A stretch of 64,000 nt of DNA from a virus. Lineage: Duplodnaviria; Caudoviricetes. Below, piece by piece: positions 1 through 9,205 of the stretch (within the stretch, counting starts at the first letter, position 1; each line of letters opens with the position of its first letter). The translations under genes were made by a program, and so were the position numbers. The notes under the pieces were generated by a model. It saw only the letters and a program-made list of their open reading frames with translations. It was not told the DNA's origin and did not search any database. Where the stretch lies: the IMG/VR virus record IMGVR_UViG_3300021963_006915, positions 1 through 64,000 of that record, one strand, 5' to 3'.

Positions 1-936
1 ACACTTAAGCAGTTTGTTACTGCTATATTGAGTACAATAAATAATGCAGTAGATGATTTTTGGAAGTTTGATATTGTTGATGGTACAAATGGAAAGTTAT
101 CAATTATTGATAAAAATACCATGAATGCCGACACAATAAAGAAGGTATACATGTTTGATTTGGCTAAGACCAATAACGTGGTAAAGTCTATAAACTTTGA
201 TGTTAGTTTAACCAATGAACAGGCTAATAACGTTTTATTTGCCGGTGCAAATTCACCAAGTTTAACTGAAACATTTGAAGATAAAATAAACAAAGCCAGT
301 ACCAAAGCCGAACTTGATATTGTAATGACTCAAGTTTCAAATACTCCATTTATTAAATTCAGAGATAGATTGGATGTGTATCAACTAAAACAGATTGGAA
401 AATTAAAAGGTGAGGAGTTAGTTAAAGCACAACAATCTGGAAACATACCAGGCACAAATGTTAATTTCAAAGACGAAAACAACGATATAGCTAACATACA
501 AGTATATGGTGATGTTTCTCGTAATGAAATTTTATGTATGAGATTTTTGAATATCACTGAAGCTGATAAACAAATATTAACATCAGGCGGAGAATTGAAA
601 GAACCAAAGTATGATTGGAAGTATTTGTGTTTGCCACCAAATATGAAGGCCAAATTGAGAAGGATGTTGGACGATGGAGACGTATCGGGTAATATTGCAA
701 AATATAGTGGTGTGGCTGATAACTTTCAAATCTCAATGACATTGGATGGATTGTATGGGTTTAGAAATCTACAAGTATTCGCAATCAGTAACTTGCCAAA
801 ACCATATGTGCCTGGTAACGTCATTTTTCAAATACTTGAAGTTGAACACAATTTGGCAGCTGGTAAGTGGGAAACAAACATTACAGCATTATTAAGATGC
901 ATTGCTGGAACTGACTTGGAGTACATAAACATATGA
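1..936 (+). CDS. Probable baseplate hub / tail-associated protein, C-terminal part (5' truncated by window)
   Basis: Frame is open from base 1. C-terminus 'ISMTLDGLYG...FQILEVEHNL...WETNITA' resembles the gp27/gpD-like hub beta-strand pattern. Confidence 0.5.
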   Translation, partial: TLKQFVTAILSTINNAVDDFWKFDIVDGTNGKLSIIDKNTMNADTIKKVYMFDLAKTNNVVKSINFDVSLTNEQANNVLFAGANSPSLTETFEDKINKASTKAELDIVMTQVSNTPFIKFRDRLDVYQLKQIGKLKGEELVKAQQSGNIPGTNVNFKDENNDIANIQVYGDVSRNEILCMRFLNITEADKQILTSGGELKEPKYDWKYLCLPPNMKAKLRRMLDDGDVSGNIAKYSGVADNFQISMTLDGLYGFRNLQVFAISNLPKPYVPGNVIFQILEVEHNLAAGKWETNITALLRCIAGTDLEYINI

Positions 937-1319
937 TTTACGATACACCAGATAAAACAAGAGATATTGTTGGGTTGGATGGATACAACTACTTTCTTCC
1001 ATCATCATATATTCCAACCATCAAACCAGCGGATTATGAATATGGTTATATAACTAGATATTTTGTTGGTAATATCAACTATTCTAATATAAATGAAACC
1101 AATGCTAGAGACTACAACATGACCGATTCTAGTTTTTTCAAAAAGACCAAGATAACTTGGAAAGTGTCTGGTACTGAGTTTAATGTGTACAAAGGAAAAA
1201 TGCTTGAATCAACAGGCGTTGTAGACTACAATATTCTTAGAATAAACCAAGCAGCTCAAGTGTTTCCTCAGATATCGACTATATTAAATAATCCAAGACA
1301 ATTCTGGCGTGGATTTTAA
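933..1319 (+). CDS. Hypothetical phage protein, possibly baseplate-associated
   Basis: 128-aa ORF with ATGA overlap to the upstream gene; no recognised motif. Confidence 0.5.
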   Translation: MIYDTPDKTRDIVGLDGYNYFLPSSYIPTIKPADYEYGYITRYFVGNINYSNINETNARDYNMTDSSFFKKTKITWKVSGTEFNVYKGKMLESTGVVDYNILRINQAAQVFPQISTILNNPRQFWRGF

Positions 1320-1354
1320 TTGACATTCTAGAACATTTGTGTAAATGTTGTAGT

Positions 1355-2653
1355 GTGCATCTATCTAATCAAATATATCTAAAGTTTATAACTCAAAACA
1401 CCAATAAGCATATTGCGTGTGATAAAGTTATTGCTGCATTTGTTTATGATTATATTACCAAAGAAAAGTATTACTTTAACTTTTCACATCCAGATGTAAA
1501 TGTTGATAGTAATTATGATGACTTTGTAAAGTTACTAAAAAAGACAGACCGAGAGATTTATGTAAACAATAAGAAGAGATACAAGTATTTTCTTGGGGAT
1601 TGTAATTTGATTGATGTAAATCTATTTAGTTTCTTAAAAGATAACGAAATTCTTGTTAAAGAAGAATCAGATGCGTATTTTGCTATTAAGATTCGAACTG
1701 GAGATATTAATCAGTTCAATCTGATATATCCATATGCAAATCATCAACGTGATTTTGATCAAGAACTTATTCATGTAGAAAGTCTAAATGTTGAAAACAA
1801 AGACTCTTATTGCTTTAAATTCTTCAATAACATCATTTCAGATACATTGTATGAGGTTGAAAAGAATGGGTTGAAATTAGATACAACCATTTTCAAAAAC
1901 TACTTCAAAGCAAAAACACACAACAAGTTTGTATATACAGAGTATAACATATACAATCCTACAGGTAGACCTAGTAATCACTTTGATAGTGTTAATTATG
2001 TTGCGTTAAACAAAGAGGATGGTTGTAGAAAGAGTTTTATATCCAGATATGATGATGGATATCTGATGATGGTAGACTTTACTGGATTTCATCCTTATAT
2101 TGTGGCTAATCTGATTGATTACAAGGTTCCAGACGCAGAAACCATTTATGAACATCTGGCTAAACAATATTACAATGTTGACCAAGTTGATTCGGAATTG
2201 ATGTCAAAATCTAAGAAACTCACGATGGTTAACTTGTATGGTCAGATTAAAGATCAATATCTAAACATTCCGTTTTTTGCAAAAACCGACGAATTAAAGA
2301 ACAAGTATTGGGAAATGTTTGAAAAGAAGGGATATGTTACTACTCCGATTTATAAACGGAAGATTACATCAAAACACATCAGTGACCCCAATAAAAACAA
2401 GTTATTTGCATATATCATTCAGGCTACAGAAACCGAATATGGATTGAATAGTCTGGGTAATGTATTAAAATATGTAACTGATAAGAAGATTATACCGATA
2501 TTATATGTGTACGATTCTATTGTATTTGATGTAAGTCCAGAGGTTGATGAACACACAATACAAGACGTTATTGACATAATTAAGAATAAAAAGTTCAAAG
2601 TTAAGGTATATACTGGAAATAATTACAACGATTTGAAATTACGCTTAATTTAA
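1355..2653 (+). CDS. Family A DNA polymerase-like protein (short, thumb-deleted)
   Basis: Motifs 'TGRPS', A 'MVDFTGFHP', B-like 'SKKLTMVNLYG' and C 'YVYDSIVFD'. Start placed at GTG 1355, behind TTGACA at 1320. Confidence 0.75.
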   Translation: MHLSNQIYLKFITQNTNKHIACDKVIAAFVYDYITKEKYYFNFSHPDVNVDSNYDDFVKLLKKTDREIYVNNKKRYKYFLGDCNLIDVNLFSFLKDNEILVKEESDAYFAIKIRTGDINQFNLIYPYANHQRDFDQELIHVESLNVENKDSYCFKFFNNIISDTLYEVEKNGLKLDTTIFKNYFKAKTHNKFVYTEYNIYNPTGRPSNHFDSVNYVALNKEDGCRKSFISRYDDGYLMMVDFTGFHPYIVANLIDYKVPDAETIYEHLAKQYYNVDQVDSELMSKSKKLTMVNLYGQIKDQYLNIPFFAKTDELKNKYWEMFEKKGYVTTPIYKRKITSKHISDPNKNKLFAYIIQATETEYGLNSLGNVLKYVTDKKIIPILYVYDSIVFDVSPEVDEHTIQDVIDIIKNKKFKVKVYTGNNYNDLKLRLI

Positions 2654-2656
2654 TTA

Positions 2657-2664
2657 TATTTATA
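2657..2664 (+). promoter_or_regulatory. Putative phage late-type promoter motif TATTTATA
   Basis: Lies 4 nt before ATG 2669; the same TAnnTAT(A/T) motif recurs just upstream of many starts. Confidence 0.55.
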
Positions 2665-2668
2665 ATGG

Positions 2669-4516
2669 ATGAACTTTAGATCTATTGTAAATGATATTTG
2701 TTGTGATTCCCGTATAAAAGATGGTGTTCTCAGATTAGAGAACCCAGATCATGTTTTTATTGTGCAGGAGTATTTGGAAAAGGCTGGTTACTCTCTCAAT
2801 GAGATTGTTGATAAGACCGCTAATTTATTTGAAGCTGGTAGATTTCCTGATCGTCAGGCTTATAATAAAGATGGTATACTAGTAACATTTCCAAGCAAAG
2901 AGTACAGAGATCGTGCTGTAAATAAGGGTACACACTTTGCGGAAAATCCAAAGAAGGCTCAAGCAAACATATTTTCTGCGCCGGGAGATTTATCATCAGT
3001 TGGTGCTACTGAAGAAAAACCAAAAGAAAAACCTGACACTATATCAGTAGATAAAGAAGTTCAAAAAGGTGTAGAGGCCGATGATAGAGTTGATAATAGA
3101 ACTCCGAAAGAAAAACAACAAGATGCCGTTGCAAATATTGCAATATTGCAAGGACAAACCCCATTGGTTAATTATAGTGTAGATGAAGCTATGAAGTATG
3201 GTTTCTATAGAAAGGGAATGCTTTGGTTTAATACTGAAGGTCAGTTAATCGGAGAACAAGTATTTGATGAGGAACATGGGTCGATTATATCAATAAATGA
3301 ATCGTTGATATCAAGTATATTTGATTTCATGAAAAAATCTTGGAATAAAGTTAAATCTTATTTTAAGAACGTTGTATCCGGTTTAATCGACAATGGTATG
3401 TCAGATTTACAAATAGGACAAGAAACTGACATCATAATTCCAGCATCTATTGCAAAAGAAAAAAGTGGAATAGAATCGTCTACAGACCTGCAAAAAGAAG
3501 GTGCGATTGAAGCAATTCGTGGAAATTATAATGAAGCTTTAACTGTTAAGTATGTCATTGAAAAAAATGACTCTCCAATCGACGTTGTTTTAACAGAACA
3601 TATTGATGAAAATTATGTTATAAAAGTTGTGCAATTAGACGCTGAAGGTAAACGTTATATACCAGAACTAGAAAGCATAGTTAATGATTGGGATAAAAAA
3701 CTAAGAGTTGCGGCTGGTAGTAAATATGAAGAAGTAAAAGCAGTGATATCGTTAGCAAGTCACGATATGTCATCTTATATAATTAACGCTGTTGGTAAAA
3801 ATAAAGGAAATATATTAGAAATATTTCTTGATAATAAGTCTTTCTTGCAAGGAGCTGAATTCAAGGCGGATATCAGACTAAGAGTGAAAAAAGTCTCAGG
3901 TGAAGAGATTTTGAAAGCATATAGTCTTAAGATGTATCAAACAAAAAATGTTAATTTGGCAAATAGTACCAAAACCAGTTTGGTAAGAAATTTATGTGGA
4001 GATAACGAAGCTGATAAATTTACAAAAGAACTATCATCTGATCCAAAATTTAAACAACTCGACAAGGTTGCTAAGGAAACAAATCTTGCTGTTAAACACG
4101 CAAAGGCTGATGGTGAAGATGAAGATTATATTAATGATTTAAGAGCAGATCGTGAAGAAGCGAGATATCCACTAAATCAATATTTAGCAGAAAAGGTATC
4201 TAATAAACTTAACTCTTTTTACAAATCAACACCTCAAAATAAAGAAACGTTCATTAAGAATTTATTAAGATTAATGGGATACGAAGATACAGAAACTGAA
4301 TTTTTAATGGCGTTGGTTGGTCCAAAACAAGTTAAAGCCGGTAAATCACAAATAATCGACAAACACCCAGCTTTAGATTTTTCCGATATTGACATCGTTA
4401 ATGATCCGGGGAAGGTTAGCATTAAAATAATCAATAAGAAGACAAATAAAGTATTGATTAATTTCGTAGCAAAAGAAGGCGGAACTTTTGCTGGGTTTGT
4501 GGATGTACTATCATAA
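2669..4516 (+). CDS. Large modular protein with probable C-terminal PD-(D/E)xK restriction-like nuclease domain
   Basis: 'GNYNEAL...KADIRL...YSLK' fits the E..D..(S/E)xK pattern; separated from the N-terminal domain by a low-complexity linker. Confidence 0.5.
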   Translation: MNFRSIVNDICCDSRIKDGVLRLENPDHVFIVQEYLEKAGYSLNEIVDKTANLFEAGRFPDRQAYNKDGILVTFPSKEYRDRAVNKGTHFAENPKKAQANIFSAPGDLSSVGATEEKPKEKPDTISVDKEVQKGVEADDRVDNRTPKEKQQDAVANIAILQGQTPLVNYSVDEAMKYGFYRKGMLWFNTEGQLIGEQVFDEEHGSIISINESLISSIFDFMKKSWNKVKSYFKNVVSGLIDNGMSDLQIGQETDIIIPASIAKEKSGIESSTDLQKEGAIEAIRGNYNEALTVKYVIEKNDSPIDVVLTEHIDENYVIKVVQLDAEGKRYIPELESIVNDWDKKLRVAAGSKYEEVKAVISLASHDMSSYIINAVGKNKGNILEIFLDNKSFLQGAEFKADIRLRVKKVSGEEILKAYSLKMYQTKNVNLANSTKTSLVRNLCGDNEADKFTKELSSDPKFKQLDKVAKETNLAVKHAKADGEDEDYINDLRADREEARYPLNQYLAEKVSNKLNSFYKSTPQNKETFIKNLLRLMGYEDTETEFLMALVGPKQVKAGKSQIIDKHPALDFSDIDIVNDPGKVSIKIINKKTNKVLINFVAKEGGTFAGFVDVLS

Positions 4517-4517
4517 T

Positions 4518-4916
4518 ATGAACGAACAAAAACAACTACTCTGTACATTTACAGATAGTCAAAAATATCAATCTGCAATACAAGGAGTCCAACAAACGTA
4601 CACGTTGATAGATAATCGTATATTTGTTTTTGCTAATGAAAAGAATCTTCGGGAAATATATTTGACTTTCAATATTGTCAAGGACTTTAATAACAAATTA
4701 AAGTATACTGGCACAATTGGTGTGCATAGAAAAAAACAAACAAACACTCTGTATACTCTTAATGCGATGAATAAATTAATTGCTGATGAGAACAATGGTG
4801 TGTTCGATAAAAACTTTCAATTGAGTTGGGATTTGTACAAGGACAGCATCATTTTAACCAATGAAATCGGGGTTAAAATCGTTCCATTAAAATTATTTAA
4901 TATAGTTTCTATTTGA
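4518..4916 (+). CDS. Hypothetical protein of the replication block
   Basis: ATG 4518 directly follows the upstream stop; 'LLCTFT...HRKKQTNTLYTLNA' looks like a conserved block. Confidence 0.7.
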   Translation: MNEQKQLLCTFTDSQKYQSAIQGVQQTYTLIDNRIFVFANEKNLREIYLTFNIVKDFNNKLKYTGTIGVHRKKQTNTLYTLNAMNKLIADENNGVFDKNFQLSWDLYKDSIILTNEIGVKIVPLKLFNIVSI

Positions 4917-4933
4917 TATATATTACATGACGC

Positions 4934-4962
4934 TTGACATTGTTCTGCACTCAGTGTAGAGT
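4934..4962 (+). promoter_or_regulatory. Sigma70-like promoter for the SSB gene
   Basis: TTGACA, 17-nt spacer, TAGAGT preceded by GTG. Confidence 0.7.
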
Positions 4963-5043
4963 AATTTCAAGTTGGTTACATCTTGATTTAAGTGAATTAA
5001 GAATTAACTAATTATCAATTAAACAATTAATAAATAAATAATT

Positions 5044-5889
5044 ATGGGACTAGACATTAGTAAGCTAAAGAGCCGTTTGAACTCACTTTCAAACACAAAC
5101 CAGAAATCCAACCTAATTTGGAAGCCAAAGCCTGGTAAGCAAGTTGTTCGTATTGTACCTTACAAGTATTCCCCTGAGAATCCATTTATCGAACTCAAGT
5201 TTCACTATAACTTAAATGGTAAGAGTTATTTGAGTCCAGATAGTTTTGGTCGTCCAGATCCAATCGTTGAGTTTTCAAATCGTTTGAAGAAGACCGGCGA
5301 TAAGGAAGAGTGGAAGATGGGCAAGAAGATGGAACCCAAGATGCGTACATTCGCTCCTGTCATTGTTCGTGGTGAAGAAGGAGAAGGTGTAAAGTTCTGG
5401 GGATTTGGAAAGCAAGTCTATCAAGAGCTTCTAAGCATCATCAGCGATCCTGACTTCGGTGATATTACCGATCTCACATCAGGTCGTGACATTGTTGTGG
5501 AATTCAAGACTGGTGATGAATCAGGCAAGAGTTTCCCAGAAACCAACATTCGTGTTAAACCAAATACAAGTGTTGCTGTAGATCCAACCAATTCAAGTTT
5601 ACTTGATGCTCTCAAGTCTCAAGTTAACATTATGGATCTATTCCCAGAACTATCCTATGAAGAACTCAAGGATGTTATGGATAAGTGGTTGAATCCTGAC
5701 GAAACCGCCGCTGATCCTGCTGTAACCGCTACAGCAACGGACTCAGATGATGATGCTCCGTTTCCAACCGCAGCTAAGACCGCAACAGCACCAAAGGCCG
5801 CTGTAACAGCATCTCCAACCGCAGTTAAAGCTAAGGCTGGATCAAGTGATGATGTTAACAAGGCATTTGATGATTTGTTTAACTCCTAA
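5044..5889 (+). CDS. Single-stranded DNA-binding protein (T4 gp32-like)
   Basis: 'WKPKPGKQVVRIVP', 'VKFWGFGKQVYQEL', 'DITDLTSGRDI', Ala-rich linker, acidic tail 'AFDDLFNS'; upstream of recA. Confidence 0.85.
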   Translation: MGLDISKLKSRLNSLSNTNQKSNLIWKPKPGKQVVRIVPYKYSPENPFIELKFHYNLNGKSYLSPDSFGRPDPIVEFSNRLKKTGDKEEWKMGKKMEPKMRTFAPVIVRGEEGEGVKFWGFGKQVYQELLSIISDPDFGDITDLTSGRDIVVEFKTGDESGKSFPETNIRVKPNTSVAVDPTNSSLLDALKSQVNIMDLFPELSYEELKDVMDKWLNPDETAADPAVTATATDSDDDAPFPTAAKTATAPKAAVTASPTAVKAKAGSSDDVNKAFDDLFNS

Positions 5890-5900
5890 AAAATAAAAAT

Positions 5901-5935
5901 AAGCCGGTGGAGTTTTTATACCCCACCGGCTTTCT
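5901..5935 (+). terminator. Intrinsic terminator-like hairpin after the SSB gene
   Basis: AAGCCGGTGG...CCACCGGCTT 10-bp stem followed by TTTCT. Confidence 0.7.
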
Positions 5936-5948
5936 AGTTATATACGTT

Positions 5949-7079
5949 ATGGCAAAGAAAACAACAGAAAAAGATGATCTGCTAGAAAGATTGGCAGATG
6001 AACTCAACAAATCCAATAAAGAAGGTGGTAAAGTTGCGTTCTTCTTGGATGAACAAGAAGATCCATCAACAATTAGTGATTGGGTAAGCACTGGTTCATC
6101 AATGCTTGATTTAGCGATTAGTAATCGTCCTCACGGCGGTTTGCCAGTGGGACGTATCGTTGAATTAACAGGCCTTGAAGGAACTGGAAAAAGTTTGGTC
6201 TGTGCGCACATTGTTGCAGACACTCAACGAAAGGGTGGTAAAGCACTCTTCATTGACACAGAAAACTCTGAATCCAGAGAATTCTGGAAGAGTTTGGGAG
6301 TTGACTTGGCTAAAAGCAAGTTGATGTATTCTCAAGCTGAGACTGTAGAAGATATCTTCGACAGAATTGAAAAAGCAATTACGTTTATCCGTAAGGATTA
6401 TCCAGATTTGCTATTGACAATCATTGTTGATTCTGTCGCAGCTGCTTCTACAAAAGCAGAACTAGAAAGTGATCATGGTAAGGATGGTTATGCTACTGGT
6501 AAGTCAATTATTATTAGCAAAGCAATGCGTAAGATTACCAACATGATTGGTCGTCAAAAGGTATTGTTGATCTTCACTAACCAACTACGTCAGAATCTAA
6601 ATGCTATGGCGTTTGGTGACAAGTATGTAGTAAGTGGTGGTAAGGCTCTAGCTTATCATTGCAGTGTTCGTGTTCGTTTGAACAATACAGGCAAACTAAA
6701 GAAGGGTGAAGTTGTCATTGGTAACGAGTGTAAAGCCGTTGTGATTAAGAATCGTATGGGTCCACCACAACGTCAGGCTGCATTTGATATCTATTATGAC
6801 AGCGGAATTGCCGACTTTAGTAGTTGGATTAAAGTTATGAAGGATGCTAATCTTGTAAAACAAGGTGGTGCATATTACACGTATCAAAAATCTGATGGTA
6901 CTGAATGGAGATTCCAATCAAAGGATTTCATTTCAACATTACAATCAGATCCAAATCTAAAGGAAGAAATTTACTTGAAGATTTGTGATGCATGTATCAT
7001 GAAGTACAAAGATCCAAACAGCCAAATCGTTGAAGATGCACAAGTATCTACAGACGAAGGCGATGCTGGCGAAGAATAA
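5949..7079 (+). CDS. recA: RecA/UvsX recombinase
   Basis: Walker A 'GLEGTGKS', 'IIVDSVAA', 'NQLR', 'SGGKALAYH', 'KNRMGPP'; likely ATG at 5949. Confidence 0.95.
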   Translation: MAKKTTEKDDLLERLADELNKSNKEGGKVAFFLDEQEDPSTISDWVSTGSSMLDLAISNRPHGGLPVGRIVELTGLEGTGKSLVCAHIVADTQRKGGKALFIDTENSESREFWKSLGVDLAKSKLMYSQAETVEDIFDRIEKAITFIRKDYPDLLLTIIVDSVAAASTKAELESDHGKDGYATGKSIIISKAMRKITNMIGRQKVLLIFTNQLRQNLNAMAFGDKYVVSGGKALAYHCSVRVRLNNTGKLKKGEVVIGNECKAVVIKNRMGPPQRQAAFDIYYDSGIADFSSWIKVMKDANLVKQGGAYYTYQKSDGTEWRFQSKDFISTLQSDPNLKEEIYLKICDACIMKYKDPNSQIVEDAQVSTDEGDAGEE

Positions 7080-7095
7080 AACACATTGATAGGAT

Positions 7096-7147
7096 GTTTT
7101 TCCGCGTTGCCTACTACTTATTAGTATGGATAACAACGCGGAAAAAC
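7096..7147 (+). promoter_or_regulatory. RNA hairpin sequestering the endonuclease start codon, with a late-type promoter motif in the loop
   Basis: GTTTTTCCGCGTTG (7096-7109) pairs perfectly with CAACGCGGAAAAAC (7134-7147). An inner TACTA/TAGTA stem reaches ATG 7126; TACTTATT lies at 7115-7122. Confidence 0.75.
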
Positions 7148-8058
7148 TTATTTTTGAAGATCAATCTGAACGATTATATCAAATCTTTATAAAAGATGAA
7201 TCGATATGTGGATTTGCTTCTTTATTTAAACTGAATAAAATTGGTAGCAAAACTGGATTAAAAATAAAAAAATATTTATATGATAAATATGGTAAAACTT
7301 GCTTGAAAAAAATAACTGCTATCAGAACGTCTAAAGCTGCTCATCAAAAAAGAGACAAAGATAGTTATTTTATTTCCTTAGAAAGAAGACAAAAAATGTC
7401 GGCCGGTATTAAAAAATATTATAAAAATAATCAGTCCGCTAAATCTAGATGTAGGGATTTAATGATTAAACATTGTTTACCAAAGTGTCAAACGGCGGAA
7501 AGTAAAATAAAACGAGTAAAAAGTAGAGACTGGTATAAACCCAGTGAAGACACTAAACAAAAAATGTCTGAATCTCAACTTGGAAAGCCATTAACAGAAG
7601 AACATAAATTAAAATTAAGAAAACCAAAGAAAACCAAACGATCTAATTTTAGACATACTACTGAAACAATACACAAATTATCGTTAATTACTAAAAATCA
7701 GTGGAAAAGTGGAATTCATAAACCAATTTTTAAATCTAAAGGTCAACAAGAAGTAATTAAATTGTTAAAAGAACAAGGTTATTCAATTCAAGATGAGTAT
7801 TTTGTTGATGGAAAACCATATGATGTGTTTGTAAAAGAAAAAAATTTGTTAATAGAATTTAATGGTACTTATTGGCACAGAGATCCTCGGTTTTTTAAAT
7901 CAAACAACGACGTTACAAAAATATGGGAAAAAGACAAAAATAAAATGTTGATTGCTGAATCAAATGGGTATATAATAAAAGTTATATGGCAACACGATTG
8001 GGAACAATGTAAAGACAAAAATATATACATTAAAAATTTATTAAATGAGCAACTTTGA
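7126..8058 (+). mobile_element. Free-standing homing endonuclease: NUMOD3-like repeats plus C-terminal Vsr/EDxHD-like nuclease
   Basis: Repeats 'SEDTKQKMSES', 'LTEEHKLKL', 'HTTETIHKLS'; catalytic 'PYDVF...IEFNGTYWH..P'; more AT-rich than its neighbours. Confidence 0.8.
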
Positions 8059-8173
8059 CAACAGAGAAATGAAGAAGTTATTTTCTTTATTTCAAAATAT
8101 AGAAAGCGATTCCGTCACCGGAGGACTTAAAAAATCACTTAATAGTGATGTCCTTTTGGTTGACGGATTGTAG
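8045..8173 (+). CDS. N-terminal 42-aa fragment of a split 5'-3' exonuclease (not in the ORF track)
   Basis: MSNFDNREMKKLFSLFQNIESDSVTGGLKKSLNSDVLLVDGL then TAG. It ends in the 'LLVDG' first catalytic strand, and the stop overlaps the GTG at 8173. Confidence 0.75.
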   Translation: MSNFDNREMKKLFSLFQNIESDSVTGGLKKSLNSDVLLVDGL

Positions 8174-9117
8174 TGAACACCTTCATTCGTTCGTTTATGG
8201 CTGTGCCATCGATGAATGATGATGGAATGCATACCGGAGGAATTGCTGGCTTCCTCAAGAGTATTGGTTATGCTATTAAATTAATTAATCCAACTAGAGT
8301 AATTGTCGTATTTGATGGATCAGGTGGTTCACAAAAACGTCGTAAGATTTATCCCGATTACAAAAAGGGACGTAAGACAAAAATCAAGTTCAACAGAACA
8401 TATGAAGAATTGAGTTCATCTGAACTTGAACAAAAAAATCTTCAAATTGAATTGATGCGTTTGGTTAGTTATCTTGAAGTATTACCAGTAACTGTAATGG
8501 CTATTGATAATATTGAAGCTGACGATACAATTGCATATTTGGCTGAAGATACGTTCAAGGACAGCAACGTAACTATCATGTCTACAGACAAAGACTTTCT
8601 ACAATTGGCAAGCGAAAGAGTAAAGATCTGGAGTCCTGTCAAGAAAAAAATCTTTGGGTGCAAAGAAATTGTAGATGAATATGGTATTACATGCAATAAC
8701 TTTATCTTCTACAGAGTCTTGGAGGGAGACGTTAGTGATAACATTCCTGGCATTGATGGCGTTGGAATAAAGCGAGTTCTTCAGGCATATCCATTTTTGG
8801 CTGATGACAAACAAGTAACATTGCAAGAGATCTATAATTACTCTGAAAATTACAAGGGTAAGTATAAAATTTACGAACGTGTACTAGATAACAAACTCCT
8901 AATTGAACGTAATTATGAATTGATGCAATTAAAAGCTACAAGCATTCAATCATTTACGCAGTTAAGAATTGAGGAGATAATTAAAAAACAAGTTCCTAAG
9001 ATTGATAAGATGACATTCAGCAGACTTATCACTGAGGATAAAATGTGGAATAACCTACCAAACTATATGGTATGGTTGAATGAAACTTGGGGCAAACTCA
9101 ATAGTTTCGTATTGTAA
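8173..9117 (+). CDS. 5'-3' exonuclease / flap endonuclease (T4 RNase H, PolI N-terminal-like), main fragment
   Basis: 'VVFDG', 'RRKIYPDYK', 'EADD', 'STDKDFLQL', 'GDVSDNIPGIDGVG'; lacks the first Asp, which lies in 8045-8173. Confidence 0.9.
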   Translation: MNTFIRSFMAVPSMNDDGMHTGGIAGFLKSIGYAIKLINPTRVIVVFDGSGGSQKRRKIYPDYKKGRKTKIKFNRTYEELSSSELEQKNLQIELMRLVSYLEVLPVTVMAIDNIEADDTIAYLAEDTFKDSNVTIMSTDKDFLQLASERVKIWSPVKKKIFGCKEIVDEYGITCNNFIFYRVLEGDVSDNIPGIDGVGIKRVLQAYPFLADDKQVTLQEIYNYSENYKGKYKIYERVLDNKLLIERNYELMQLKATSIQSFTQLRIEEIIKKQVPKIDKMTFSRLITEDKMWNNLPNYMVWLNETWGKLNSFVL

Positions 9118-9205
9118 GATCGATAGTTTATAAAATAAGTTGGATTCTACACACATCGGTGTAGACTAAGGGTGTCGTATTAACAAAACATAGAAAGAAT
9201 ATATC

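Noticed and set aside
7080-8175. Group I intron or split intein containing the endonuclease
   Set aside because: recA is complete before the endonuclease and both exonuclease parts lie after it. There is no room for a ribozyme core and no intein terminal motifs.
8168-8178. TAG reassignment or readthrough as the explanation of the exonuclease break
   Set aside because: TAG is followed in frame by TGA and the downstream part is in another frame. Standard-code ORFs are full length elsewhere, and TAG ends genes normally (e.g. 21250).
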